From assembly GCA_000388065.2 (NCBI GenBank), contig KB932210.1: 62,757 nt of DNA. The stretch is one strand, 5' to 3'. Shown one piece after another: positions 1-12,193 of this stretch (positions within the stretch are counted from its first letter, which is position 1; the number at the start of each line of letters is the position of its first letter). The stretch is from Fonticula alba ATCC 38817 (lineage: Eukaryota > Protista > Nucleariida). Below the pieces are notes generated by a model, which was not told the DNA's origin, ran no database searches, and saw only the letters and a program-made list of their open reading frames with translations. A program made the translations under genes and the position numbers.

Positions 1-366
1 ACTCGTAGGGAGGTTATCCCCCGCCCCCCGAGCACCTCCCCGGACAACACCGACGCAACATCCGCCATACCAACCACTGGCCCACCCTCTCGGAAATCTC
101 CGCCGCCACAGGCCGCGTGCGCCCACTTCCCGGGTTTGTTCGGCTCCCGAAGCCCCCCATGCGGCGTTTGTCCCGCAACGAGACAGCCGGAACCCCCGAG
201 CCCAGCGCATCCCTTCAGACACCCCTCCACATAGCACCCTGGCCGGGAATGGGCCCACACGCTCGCCCGGCACCCCATTCGCCAAGACCCACTGCCCTGG
301 CCATGGCCACCGCCTCGCATCCTCGGACTCCGGCAGAGGACATCGATCCCCGCGACTCCAAGTGCT

Positions 367-432
367 CCTCAGGTTCAGGTCCAGCCACGGCCAATCCTCA
401 GGTTCAGGTCCAGCCACGGCCAATCCTCAGGT
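367..432. repeat. 29-bp tandem repeat, about 2.3 copies (CCTCAGGTTCAGGTCCAGCCACGGCCAAT)
   Basis: Exact units at 367-395 and 396-424, partial unit 425-432. Confidence 0.9.
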
Positions 433-3348
433 CGGACAGCCGCCGCCCATGTTCTCGCTCGGTGCCATGCCCCCGAGGGCACACCTTCCGATGGCCAGAC
501 CGCGGTCGAATCGACATAATTAAAATACCCCCAGGGCGGCCTACAGGACACGCGCATCCACCCGCAGATCCCCTCCTCTGCCTCCCCGCTCCATTCTGGC
601 AGATCATGTACTTCCCACCCAGCCCGGCCCGTCACACGCCCATTGACACCCCACTTCACTCACACCATCCTCGGTGGACCTCCACAACGACATGGCCATC
701 CATCCAGCCCGAGCCACCCGAGGGGCCTCCTGCCCCCAGACACTCCGGCAAACGAGCGGACACAGGGCCGGCCGTGAAGGTACTGGACGGAGGCGCCATG
801 GGCGCGCTCGTTGCTCAGTCACTCGGCCACCGTCAGCCCCCCATCCGCCTGCCCGCCGGGCGTGTGCCAGATGCCCCGCGCACATTCTCCTCACTTGCCA
901 GCAGCCATGTGCTGGTTGCCCATCGCCCATATTGCCCCCCCACCCGAACATTCGTAGTGTGGCAGCCGCGATGTGAGCATCCGCTCACGCGCGCCCGCCT
1001 GCTCGGAAGGGCTCGTCGATGTCCGCACCAGTTGCAGGCCTATTCATTCCCGGCGCCGTGGTCTCGAGGCCCCGGCTGTACAGCGGCGACGGCCGTCCTG
1101 TTCCCACCCCAGCCCCTGGGCCCCCGCACCGCCGGATCAAACTGTCTCGAATCCTTCGCACACGCATAGCCGCCGATGCCGACAGCCGGGACTGCAGCGA
1201 ATCCACCCTCCCCGAGGACCCACCCTCTCGGCCCCGTGGACGACTGGTGCAAGTCGCTTGCAAACAGAGGAGCAGACAGCCGATCCTGCCGGTTCGGACC
1301 CGGTTATCAGCCCCGGGTAATGGCATCCATACCATAGTCTCGCCCATCAACGCCACGCGCCCTGTCGCTTGCCAGTGACTGAGCCATCTTGTCCCTCGAC
1401 AGGGCGAGGGCCCATCCTCACCAGCCGGAGATGCCCCACAGCACCCTCCTCAAGGGCCCGGCAAACGTGCGCCAGGCCTGACGCGTTCATCTTCCGGCAG
1501 AACATCCCCCTGATCCAGGCAGCCAGTCCGAGCAGGGCGGCGCTCGCCCGCCGAGGAACAAACCGAGCATCATCGGCAAAGAGTCAAGGAGGATGTCCAA
1601 GGAGGGAAGGCAAACCGGCTCCCGGGGGGACCGTGGCTTCAAAGTGCACTCACACCCGCTGGAGCAGGGCTGGTCATTCGCGCGCCCTCCCCTTCACAAA
1701 CCCCAGCGATCGGCGTCGGTACCCGAGCGTGGATCCCCTCCCCACCAAGTTCTCTTCGGCCTGCATCCGAGTCCCTTATCCCCCCCCCACCCAGGAGAGA
1801 GGTGCCGAAGCCCGCTTGGGCAGAAGGCCGATCGTCTGCCGACGTGGATGCCCCGAGTCAAGAAGAAGTGTCGTTCCTCTCGCACAGAAAATGCTCGTCA
1901 GACAGATTCCGCGACGGGAATGTACAAGTTGTGCACATGACACTGTCAAACATTCATCGCGCTTTACCACCTGTGTTCTGGAGTAAGTCTTAATCGAGCC
2001 GGATCGCCTCGGCCCCGCGCCCTCCAAGGCACCCTGCCGTGAAAGAGCTGCCCGCGGCATGCTTCAGCCGAGACCCCTCCCAGCGGGCTGCACCAAGCAA
2101 CACGGCCCCCGCCTGCCTGCCTCCTCTCGGACGATGTCCCCCCCCACCGAAACACCCTGCAGGCTCTACGGGCAGGGTCCTTCCCCGTTCGCCTATGGGG
2201 CGTTGAGTGTGGCCACCTCCTATGCGCGACCCCGCGGCCCGGATACATTCGGCCCCTTCGGAAACGAGGAGCCTTTGACGGCGGGCTGTCCCCGCTGGGT
2301 CGGCACGACCGCGGCCTTTTTGTCGATCCACCCTCAGGCGACCAAGGACCTCCTGGTGCGCCCTTCGCCATCTGCATGTGGCATCCCGCGCCATCGATCA
2401 CACACTCCCAGGGTGGCCGTGTTGCTCGGTAGGGAAGTACCACCCCGCGAGGGGCCAACCCCGGCCGGAGGCATTCCCCCGCACCACGGCCAAAATTCGT
2501 CCCCCATTCGCACGACCATGCAGCCCAGCTCCTCCGGCGATCCGTCCGGATGCGAAGGAAGAAAGGCCGGCGCCTCAAGCACCACCACATGCCCGCTGCC
2601 GTGGTCGCCAGAACCCCGGCCACCTGAGCGGCGTTCCGTTTCCGAAGTCCGTCACTTGGCCATCTTTTAGCACCCATCGCCCAGGGGCGTGCGTCGCCGC
2701 GTGAAGGGAAAGCCGCCCGCTCGCCTCCGGGCCCTGATGAGCGGTCAGACCCCGCCCGTGGCATGTTGGCACGCACATGCCTCCCAAATGACCTGGACCA
2801 CCTCCCAGGGATGCCCTCGGAACAAGGTGTCACCGCACCCGCAGCAGGCCACACACACCTGGCGCTCGGACGTAAGCACACGCGCGTGCGCAATCGCCAT
2901 TAGGGCCTGCCCAGCAGAGCCTCCCTGCCCTCGGCGCACGGATGCACACCAGCGCTCAGACCCGGCCCCGAGCACATGTCCGCCCGGTGCCGGCACGCAT
3001 CCGCGCTGCAGGTCCATCCGCCCCTCCCCATGTCCCGACATGGGTGTCATACCTGAGGGGGGCCGCATCCGAAAGGAGTGGAGCCCGAGCGAGACGCGCT
3101 CCAAGGCAAATGACACCCACCCCTCTAACACACCTCCGGGTCTCCTCCGGGGAGGGGCGCGACCGAGACAGCCTGCCCCAGACGCTGCCCATGACCAGCG
3201 CACAGCCATGTCCAGCGTGCAAGGCACCCCCGAAGGAAGATTGGGCACCGGGGTCGGGAAATGGGGCGGCCGCCCACTGTGGCCTGGGCACCGCCCACCC
3301 GCCCCCGGCGATGTCCCCTGCTCATGCATCGGCCAACAGTGGGCACTG

Positions 3349-3543
3349 GCACCTCGACTAAGCACCTCCCCCCCCCCCCCCGCGCCACTCTACCGCCAGG
3401 GGAAAAGCCCACGAGCAGCGGCAGCACGCCAGCACCGTGTGTCTGACGAATGGCGCAGCCGCAGACTCACCGCCTGGTCGGTCCGCGAGCGTCCATCACC
3501 CCCCTCTACGAAGTCAGGGAGCACCTCGACCAAGCACCTCCCC
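3349..3543. repeat. Dispersed 23-bp direct repeat GCACCTCGAC(T/C)AAGCACCTCCCC
   Basis: Copies at 3349-3371 and 3521-3543 with one mismatch. Confidence 0.7.
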
Positions 3544-5875
3544 CGGGCCAGGACGTATCCTCCTGTCCCCGCCCCAAGTATGGCAGCATACTGGCATCGG
3601 CCCCTCGGCCCCGCATTGGCTGACACGAAAGCCGGCAAGCATAGCCACGATGTCTCGGCTCGCTGGAGATGGCCTGCGCGCCAGCGAGCCTGCTCCCCGG
3701 TCACGCCCCGTTCCCGGGAGGCACTGCATGGGTGCTGGGCCGGCTGCCGAGTGCCCATCGCCTGCCCGTGCGGGCTGGCCGCCCCATCGGAATCCCCATC
3801 CAAAACACCGGCAACAGCCCCGTCCCGCCGCTCCTCCCGGTAGGCCACCAGCGCCATCCTCGCCGGGATCAGTCTGCATCGACCAGACCACGCGGCGGCA
3901 CTGCAGCGCATCCCGCCCCACTCGCCCAGACGTGGTGCCCCTTCCCGGCATGCGCCGCGCCGCGATCGGGACCTTGCCCCAGGCCGGTGGGCGCCTGCCG
4001 CTGGACATCGCCCGGCGCACCCACGCCCAAGTGCAGGACGCCCACGGGGGAGGACCCCGCACGGATGCGTGGGTCGGCTCTCGCCGGGGAGGCAGACAGC
4101 ACGGGCCGAAGGGCGCCCGGCCAATCGACTCCAGACACCCCAGCATCACGCATGGCCGACCGCGCGAGACCCCACGGGCCCACGGGAGGCACACGCCGCG
4201 GCGCATCCCCCGTGCCAAGGGCGCCAGGCACACCGGCGCTCACGCAGCACCGTGTCTCGCGCTCGGCGGGAGCACGCCAGGTCGCCGGTGCCATGCCCCC
4301 TCCCCGGGGATGGAGCCAAGAGGAGCGCCGATCCCCCGTCATGGTATGCCTAGCCATGTGTCAAGCTGATGGCAGGGGCTGCGCCGCAGTCGCAAGGCGA
4401 GGGGGGTGGGATGCGGCGCACAGAAGACGACATGCACATGTATGTGTCCTGCCAGCAAAGTAGTCAGTTCCTCTCTGGGGGCAGAATGGCAAGGAGAGGC
4501 CCCGCCTGGTCCCCCTGACAGCCAGCGGCACACGGGAGGGGAGGTGCGCGCGGCAACCGAAGAAGGGCAGCGCCAAAGACAGCTTCAAAGAATGGGAAAA
4601 AGGGTGGAGGGCGTTTCGAGAGCGGCGGCGGCGACGGGAGAGAGAGAAAAGGAAAGCAGAGAGAAGGAAGAGGCGCGTGGATGGACCACCACACGCTGAC
4701 AGGGGCCGCGGCAAGCAATCGCATGTCGGCGCGGCGCATTGCCACGGAGCAGGCAGGGACGAGGAGCGAAAGGGGGAGACAGGCAGGGAAGGCGCGCCAG
4801 CAGAGGGCCACGTCTCGGACAAACACAATCGCCGCATGATGCCCCGGGCAATGGCCCCTGCCTGCGAGCAGGCACACGTCCAGCAGGAGCGGCCGGGCGC
4901 AGGACCCAAACCAAGGGGACCCCCGACGGGCGAGCGAAAAAAAAAAAGAACACGGCTCACGGAGGGGGGAAACCAAAAAAGACCAGTCGCAATAAAGCGC
5001 CGTCCGTCCCCCCTCGGGAGAGCAGCGGTCCAGAGGAGGAGGCATGCCGGCAAGGAGAGGCCGAGGGGGACCCGGGAGGCGAGGCGCCAGGCGTTTGGGC
5101 CTCAGGGCAAAAGGCACACGGGCAGACTCGCCGGGGGAGGGGCGCGGAAAAAAAAAAAAAGGCGTGGAAAAAACTTCGTGGTGCACGGCGCCAAAGACAG
5201 CATCCATGCATACACGCGGGTCGGAAGGGGGGGGGGGGCGTGAGGACGTGGGGTGGGGTGAAGAAACCTCTCCCCACACACAGGGCCCATTGCCCCCCAA
5301 AAAAAAACGCCCTATTTTGCCCGCAATATATTACTCGCCCTTTCCTTGGATTTTGCCTCGCGCGCCGAGGGCCCGGCTTCCTGGACGCATGGGCACCGCA
5401 CGTGCCAACGCGCCCCGTCGGAACCACATCCCCCTGCATCTTGCAGCCCACGAACATGTACGTCTGTCCCCCCCCCCCCGGCCGTCGGGGGCTCGGCACA
5501 GAAGCCCCGGATCCACGGCCAGCACCATCCCCGGCGCGCACCCACAGCCGGTTCCTCCCCGAGGCGGGAACGAGGTCCGGGCCCGAGAAGACCATTCCTC
5601 CCGGTGCCCGCACCACACCGCATGGTTGCACCGCCCCCCCCCCCCCCCCGCCCGACCGCCGCCGGCAGCTCCGTGCGATCGCCAGCCATGCGCGCCCTGC
5701 CCTCCCTTCTCGTGGCGCTCTTTGCCCTGTCCGGGCCGCCCCACTGACAGGCCCGGTCGGCCAGCCGCCCGCCCCCGCTCTTTCCCCCACACATTCATGC
5801 ATATACATCGACACAGTCCCCCCCCCCCTCACAACAGCCGGAAACACTCTCTCCCCAACAACCAGGACAGTGCCA

Positions 5876-7936
5876 TTAGCGAATGTAGTGTATGCACCGA
5901 TCGTAGAAGCCGATCTGGCCAGGCTTGACCATCAGCCCAACTTGGCTGCGCGTCAAGTGGGGATTGGCAATCAGCAGCTCCTTCAGCTCGAACGCCCGGC
6001 CAGCCGTGTGGCGTGCATAGTTTGGCAATTTATAGTTGACACCCTGCCGACAGGCATGCCGCAGCAACGAGTTCAACACCTGCGGCAGGGCGCAGCCCAG
6101 ATCCGCCGCCACCTGGTGCAGCAGCACCCCGGGGGTCGGGGTCTCCACCGCCGCCAGGAGTGCAGCCAACTTCCCCTCCGGCACGTACATCCCCCCCGGG
6201 CCGGATCCCGCCTCCGGGGCCAGCGCCAGGAAGAAGTACTCCGGACAATACCGATGCAGCAGGGTGTACACCAAATCCGGGCACCGCTCCATCTTGGCCG
6301 CGATCTCCGACACCGTGAGCAGCATGCGCCCGCCGGCCGGGTGCACCCGGTTCCCCAGCATCCTCAGCTTGAGAATGTCCTCACGCGGCAGGGCCAATGC
6401 CTGGGTCTGGTAATTCCGCGGGTCCGCCGGCCAGTCGATCGCAGCCACGGCCTTTCTGAGGCTCTGCACCGACATGACCAAGTGCTCGGCCAGTTCGAAC
6501 ATCGACAAGGTCGGCCGCAGCCAAACCAGCGACTGAATGACCCCCCTCAAGTCCCGGTCATTGGCCGGCGCCCGGGCTCGCGAGCCGGGCTCCGACCCGG
6601 CGCCGCCGGCCGACGCGCCGGCTTCCCACTCGGCGCCCAGCCGGTCGATGAACTCCACACTCGGGTTCCGGCGAATCGGCGATTCCTCCGGCAGAAAGCG
6701 ATTCACATACATTTCCAGCGTCAGCCGGCCGAGCCCCGCCGGCGGGGCCAGCTGCCGCAACGGCCCATTTATCCGACGTGGCAGCATCGCCCCCGGCTCA
6801 TAGTGCTTGATGTACCACCGGAGCCGCTTCACCGGTAGGCCCAATTGGTCGGCCATCTCGCGCACGCTGTGGCACCGCTTCCGCAGCAGCGCCCGCAGCT
6901 GGTCCACCATCGCCGGCGGTAGTTCCCCCCACCGGCGAACCGCATATTCCGCATGCAGAAGCGGCCCAAAGGTCCGGAGGGCGTACAAATCCACGCCGGC
7001 TAGCTGGCACACCTCCGCTTGTGTGGGCGCCGGCACGATGCTCCTATCGGCCAATACGGCTCGCAGCGCCTGCTGCTTTCCCGGGGGAATGGTGAACACA
7101 TGAACGTCGAGATACTCCGGCATGTGGACCTCGATCTTGCGTCTCACGGAAAACGCATCGCACGACAGCAGGACAGACATGCTGCGTCGCGACAGGGCCG
7201 GAGACACGGTCACCAGCTCCCGCAGCCGGTGGATACACACCCCTTGAGCCACTTCCGGCATGGTCAGCACCTCCGGCATATGCTCCTTCAGCAGGGCCTC
7301 CACCACCTGGCTTGGCATGCGCACCAGCCGGCAGAGGGTCCTCCCAAGGACCGGTGGATCTCGCCGCGCCAGCGCCATCATGTCCTCGAAGATCGGATGC
7401 CCGGGGCCCAGCCCGGGCACCGGGGTTCTCATCGAACGCCGCGACGGGGGAATCCCATAGACTCGGGCATACCGGTCAAGCAGGCCCCGCACCGAGGCCC
7501 GATCCATCCCCAGCAGCCGACCCATGGTGCAGAGGGCCTCCAGCGGCCGGCCCACGGACGGGTCCCCGCTGAGCCGCAGGAATAGCCGGAAGTGTTCCAC
7601 ATCGTCGAACCCCCGCGGCAGCGGGGTCACCCCGGCCTCGATCTCCCGACAAAGACGCGCCCCGGCACAATCCACATCATACGGGGCCAGATCTATGGCG
7701 CCTCTGGGGCCATGCGCCGGAGGGGGGGCCGGCCGGGGGGGCGTCTCGACGGCGGTCGAGGAAAGCCCGCGGCTCGGGTACGCCACCGCGCCAGTGCCCA
7801 GCCCGAGCGTCGCGGGCAGCATGGCCACAGGCCGAAGGCCACCATTGGGCCGCGGTGCCCCTCGCGCCAGTCCCAGCATCGCTGGTCGGATCGCCTGGCG
7901 CAAGGTTCGGCCAGCGGCCACTACCGAGGGGAGCAT
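5876..7936 (-). CDS. Intronless 686-aa protein with a mitochondrial-presequence-like N-terminus and 8-9 tandem helix-turn-helix-like repeats; unknown family
   Basis: ATG at 7936, TAA at 5876-5878, with globular-like composition unlike the neighbouring shadow ORFs. The first ~60 aa are Arg-rich and acid-free, ending SRGL/SST. Recurrent motifs include HSVREMADQLGLPVKRLRWYIKH, LSMFELAEHLVMSVQSLRKAV, LTVSEIAAKMERCPDLVYTLLHRYCPEY and LLHQVAADLGCALPQVLNSLLRH. Confidence 0.8.
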   Translation of the reverse strand: MLPSVVAAGRTLRQAIRPAMLGLARGAPRPNGGLRPVAMLPATLGLGTGAVAYPSRGLSSTAVETPPRPAPPPAHGPRGAIDLAPYDVDCAGARLCREIEAGVTPLPRGFDDVEHFRLFLRLSGDPSVGRPLEALCTMGRLLGMDRASVRGLLDRYARVYGIPPSRRSMRTPVPGLGPGHPIFEDMMALARRDPPVLGRTLCRLVRMPSQVVEALLKEHMPEVLTMPEVAQGVCIHRLRELVTVSPALSRRSMSVLLSCDAFSVRRKIEVHMPEYLDVHVFTIPPGKQQALRAVLADRSIVPAPTQAEVCQLAGVDLYALRTFGPLLHAEYAVRRWGELPPAMVDQLRALLRKRCHSVREMADQLGLPVKRLRWYIKHYEPGAMLPRRINGPLRQLAPPAGLGRLTLEMYVNRFLPEESPIRRNPSVEFIDRLGAEWEAGASAGGAGSEPGSRARAPANDRDLRGVIQSLVWLRPTLSMFELAEHLVMSVQSLRKAVAAIDWPADPRNYQTQALALPREDILKLRMLGNRVHPAGGRMLLTVSEIAAKMERCPDLVYTLLHRYCPEYFFLALAPEAGSGPGGMYVPEGKLAALLAAVETPTPGVLLHQVAADLGCALPQVLNSLLRHACRQGVNYKLPNYARHTAGRAFELKELLIANPHLTRSQVGLMVKPGQIGFYDRCIHYIR

Positions 7937-10528
7937 TGGAGTCCGACAGAAGGAAAGAGAGAGGGGAGAGGGGGGTCACGAAGGGGGCGGGGGAGAGGAG
8001 GAAAGGGAGGGAAACACAGGGAGGAGGGTGGCTTGGATGCAGCTCCGGACGCCGTGGGGGAGGGCGGGGTGGCGGCCGAAATAAAAAGAAGGACCCATCT
8101 GGCGTGCGTACACACGGGCCAGCTTCATGCGGATGTGTCCGGACCCAGGCCTGGCTGTTGGTAGATCGGGCTCTCTGGCATCCCCGGCCAAGGATGGGGG
8201 CCGATTCGAAGGCTGGTGTAGTGGAATCCCCGCCCGAACTCCATAAGCCAAATCACTTGTTGAGTTACAAACCGCACGTGTCGGATACCCCGTGACAGAC
8301 TTGGCATTATAAATGGCGTTCCTCTAAGGAGAAGCGCGGGGCAAGACAACAGCCGAATGGCCGCCCATCCCGGGCCGATAGAGGAGGAGCCCGAGAGAGG
8401 AACGGAGATACGCGCGTGCGCGGAGTTCTCAAATCTGCCCCTTGACCGACCCAAAGGTCAAAAGGGGGACTCCCCCCGGGAGCCTCCTGAGAGCGAAGAG
8501 CTTGGCAGCTGTGTGCGCCGAAGAGCAAGCGAGAGCATCACTGAGAGCCACCAGTCCAGCCCGCGAACACCAGTTCAGGCTCCCTCTCGAACCCTGTTAT
8601 TTTATTTTTATTCTTTCTTTCTCCCGTTCGTCCGCTAACTCCTCTCAGGCCGAGTTACCAGTCTCGCTCCTTCCAGGCGGCATCGTATTCCCTGGTTCGG
8701 TACGCCCTCTACTTCATGCCCCAGAGTGCCCCATAACCAGTGGCAGATTTCCGGTATGGCTTCCGTCAAAGCATCACTCCTTTGACGAAAGACCGGATCC
8801 GTGAGAACCCTGCTACAACCATGAAATATACATCACATGATGTGGCCACCAGCGCCCAATGCCAATGGCGTTGGCCCTGCACAACGTGGCTCGCGGCCCG
8901 GTCATCTGGGCAACGCATCATGCCCTTCGAAGCATGGAACTGCTCTTTCCCCGGGCCGATTCGTCCCGCAGGGGCGGCCCTCCGATCGGCGATGGGCCGG
9001 CGGCCCGCACGGCGCCAACTCCCAGATGCCTTGTCCGATGCTTCTCTGCCCGGCCTCAAAACGCGCGCATCGAACTCGCCTGCCCCTCGCCCCGGACGCG
9101 CCGCCTCGCGTACAGAGACCCCCAACCGGCTGATCGCCGCCCGAAATGGCCCCTGCCGTGCCCCGCACCCAGGCGCCTCGGCCGGGCCGCCGTCCAACCC
9201 CGGCGCATGGATCGGCACCGGCCCGGAACGGCACCGATCCAGCCGCCGGCTGGCCCGGTCCATGTGCTGCCCGGGGGAGCATGGCAGGCAGCCCACTGGC
9301 CAGGCCTCCCATCTGCTCGAGGTTGCGGCGAGGATGTGGGGCATCGGCCGGCAGGCCTGGCCACTTCCCTGCTTGCGGCCGGGGACCCCAAGTGCTTGTC
9401 TTCGAGCAAAGATGAAAAGGCACGCACACACAGACATACGCTCCCCGAGCCAGGGGTCTGGGTCGGGCGGACAGCCCACATCTCCCTCCCCCTCCCCCAA
9501 CGACCGGCCGCCCCGGACTCGGGAGGCGTGTGTCTCCTGCCTGCGTGTCACCCCTGCCCCTTCGACCGGGTCACCACCACGCAAGGGGCATTCGACACAT
9601 GCGATGTATGTGCGCGGCCCCGAGCTGGACAGCCTCTCTCCCGGGTCCCGGAGCATCTTCGCCCGGAGGAGCAGCTGTCGGTCTGGTGGCGGTGCCCGTG
9701 CTGCCTCCAGCGGCCGGAGGCAGATCGCCAGCCTGCCCTTGCTGGTGGCGCCCCGTGTCTGCCTGGCGATCTTCGCGGGGCGAGGCGCCTCGAGTGGTTC
9801 CCATGGCCCGCGGCCCGGACGAAGAACGTGCCCGGCCCGAAGGAGCATGCTGCCAGAGGGGCCCCCTTGTCAGCCCCAAACCGGGCCGGGCGGCGTCAAA
9901 GCAACCCAAGCTCGGCCCTCGGTGGTGGGCCCGGCCGGAGTGCTCGGCGACCGCTGGTCGGCTCCACACGTGCGGGACTGCTTCCCCCGTCTCTCGCCTC
10001 CGACTGCCCGAACGCGCGGCCGGCCCGAGGGATGCCGCGCCCCCGCTCCCGGGCTGCCCCGGGCGCCGGCGAGCCCATCTCGGTCCCCTCGGCTCTGATG
10101 GCGGGTGCTGGGGCGCCGGCGTAACGACACCATGACGTCAGGAGGTTGATACACGGCGGTGTCTTCGGTACGTTGGCGCCTCGGCTGCAACTCATCGCTC
10201 CGAAGACCCCTCGCTCCCACACAGGCAGGGGACACCCATCGCCGCCGGGAAGCATGCCCGGCCCCGGGCCGAAGGGACCCAAATGGAGGGCCCCACAGGG
10301 CAGCACCACTCAACCAGTCCCACACCCATCGCCCGGCCCCCCCCGCGCAACCTGAAGTGCCCGATCTCGCGCACCTCCCCTCTCAGCCGCCCCCCCCCTC
10401 CCCACAGCGGCGCCACAAGCAAGGTCAGCGCGGCTGCCCCACTGCGACCGGCCAGTTCTACCCCCCCCCCACCCCGCAGCGGCGCCTTTGCCCAGAAAGT
10501 GCCCCCTCCCCAGGGAAGACCCGCCCAG

Positions 10529-12193
10529 ATGGCCAGACATCAGCCACTCCACTGGCAGCTCCCGGACGACGTGGACCGGTTCTTCAGGACTGCCGAGCGC
10601 AGGAGTACGTCCTTTCCCGCCGCCGCCGCCGCCGCGATGGGTCGCCTTGCGCGGATGAGGTGTCCCCCGCCGCCAGCCCACTGACCATCCCCACCCAGTG
10701 TCGGAGCTGGCCGAGGAGGACGACATTGTGGCGATAGTCTTCTCCGCCTTTCAGCAGACCGAGACGCTTGGCATTTTGGACCGAGCCGTCGTCCTTGTAC
10801 GTGGCACGCGCTGCTAGCACACCCCCCGTCCTCCCCTCCCCTGCTGATCACCGGGCGAAGCACCACCTGACGCGGCCCGGCTCCCCAAGGCCTTCATGAT
10901 GTACCTGCTCCACTACGACACCACCCGCTTCTTCAGCCATGGGTATGGGAACAAAGTGCTCGAGTTGAAGGCGCAGGTGTGCGACAAAGTGGACGCCCTC
11001 CACGGCATGCTCTTCGAGGAGGCCAGCGCGCACCTGCAGCCCCACCCACTTCGCACGGGTCTGGCCGTCCTGAAGCCCTTCGCCATCCTCATGCGGGATC
11101 AGCTGCTGGCCAAGATCCCGGACTTCGACATCGGTGCGTTTGGCGCTGCCTGCCTGCCCGAGAGGGGGGCTTGCTCGCGCGAGGTCCGGCCTCCTTCCCC
11201 CTCCCTCCCCCCCCCCACTGATTGCCTACCCTCCCCCGCCGAGCAGACCTGAACATGGGGGAGTATTCCCACATGCTGGAGACCACCTTCCCCCCTGGGG
11301 CCTACCTGTCGCTACGTGGCTCATTCCACGCCATCTTCGTCGGGCATGCCCCCCCGGCCAGCCTGGCCCTGGCCCTGCAGCAGCCCATCGACATGGCCCA
11401 GCGGGGGGCATGCAGCCTGCCCGAGCTCCAGCCCGACCCCTCGTCGCCCCGGCAGAGACACCTTTTCCGGCAGTCCACCCGGTACATGGATACCTGCTCG
11501 GCCATTGTCATCCAAAGGCCCCAGGTGCCCCATCGCGGCCGGGCCGAGCCCGAGCCCTATCTCGTGCGCATTGCCCTGCTCCAGGCGCCCTGGCAGCCGA
11601 GCACCGACTCATGGGCCGACATGAGGCAGCACCTCACCGGCATGGACTTCCTGTTCGACCTTCGCCACGATCAGTCCCTCTACTGCCTGGCCCACTTTCT
11701 GGCGGCCGCGTCCGGCTGCCCGCGGCGCCCCTTGGTGCACTTCGACCAGTCGAGGGAGCTTGCCATGCTGCTGGCCTTCATCCTCAACAGCAAGTACGGT
11801 GCCATCCTCCTGGCCGGCACCCGGCCGGCCATCGATGTGGCTGGCTACCCCCGCCGCCCGGATGGCGAGCATCATGCCGCCGACGCAGGGGACCCCGCCG
11901 CCACCCCCGGCACTTGGAGCCAGCATGCCCATTGTGTGCTTGGCCCGACCATGGGCGAGCGTACGCTGGAGCGCCTGGTGGCCATCTGCCCCGGTCTCCC
12001 TGTGCCGGATGCCCCGACGTTCCATGGGATTGCCCGCAGCAAGGAGCCCGGGGCCACTCCTCTTTCGGCCTTCGCCTATCCCCTCATCCTCGGCGAGTTG
12101 TATGTCTTCTATGCATATCTCCATGCTGTGGATCGCACGGACGAGCGAGTGGCCGACCTTTGGGACACCGTCTCCCGCAGGCAGCGCCAGTAA
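10529..12193 (+). CDS. Spliced hypothetical protein, about 454 aa; exons 10529-10604, 10699-10796, 10890-11133, 11247-12193
   Basis: Donors GTACGT (10605, 10797) and GTGCGT (11134). The first two acceptors have CTGAC branch points. Splicing gives one continuous frame (MARHQPLHWQ...AVVL|AFMMYLLHYD...DFDI|DLNMGEYS...RQRQ*). Further 5' exons are possible. Confidence 0.7.

Noticed and set aside
1-5800. Dozens of overlapping 100-700 aa ORFs
   Set aside because: Pro/Arg/Gly-rich in all frames, with no motifs and no consistent splice model; expected from stop-codon scarcity at this GC. A gene or old repeat here cannot be excluded.
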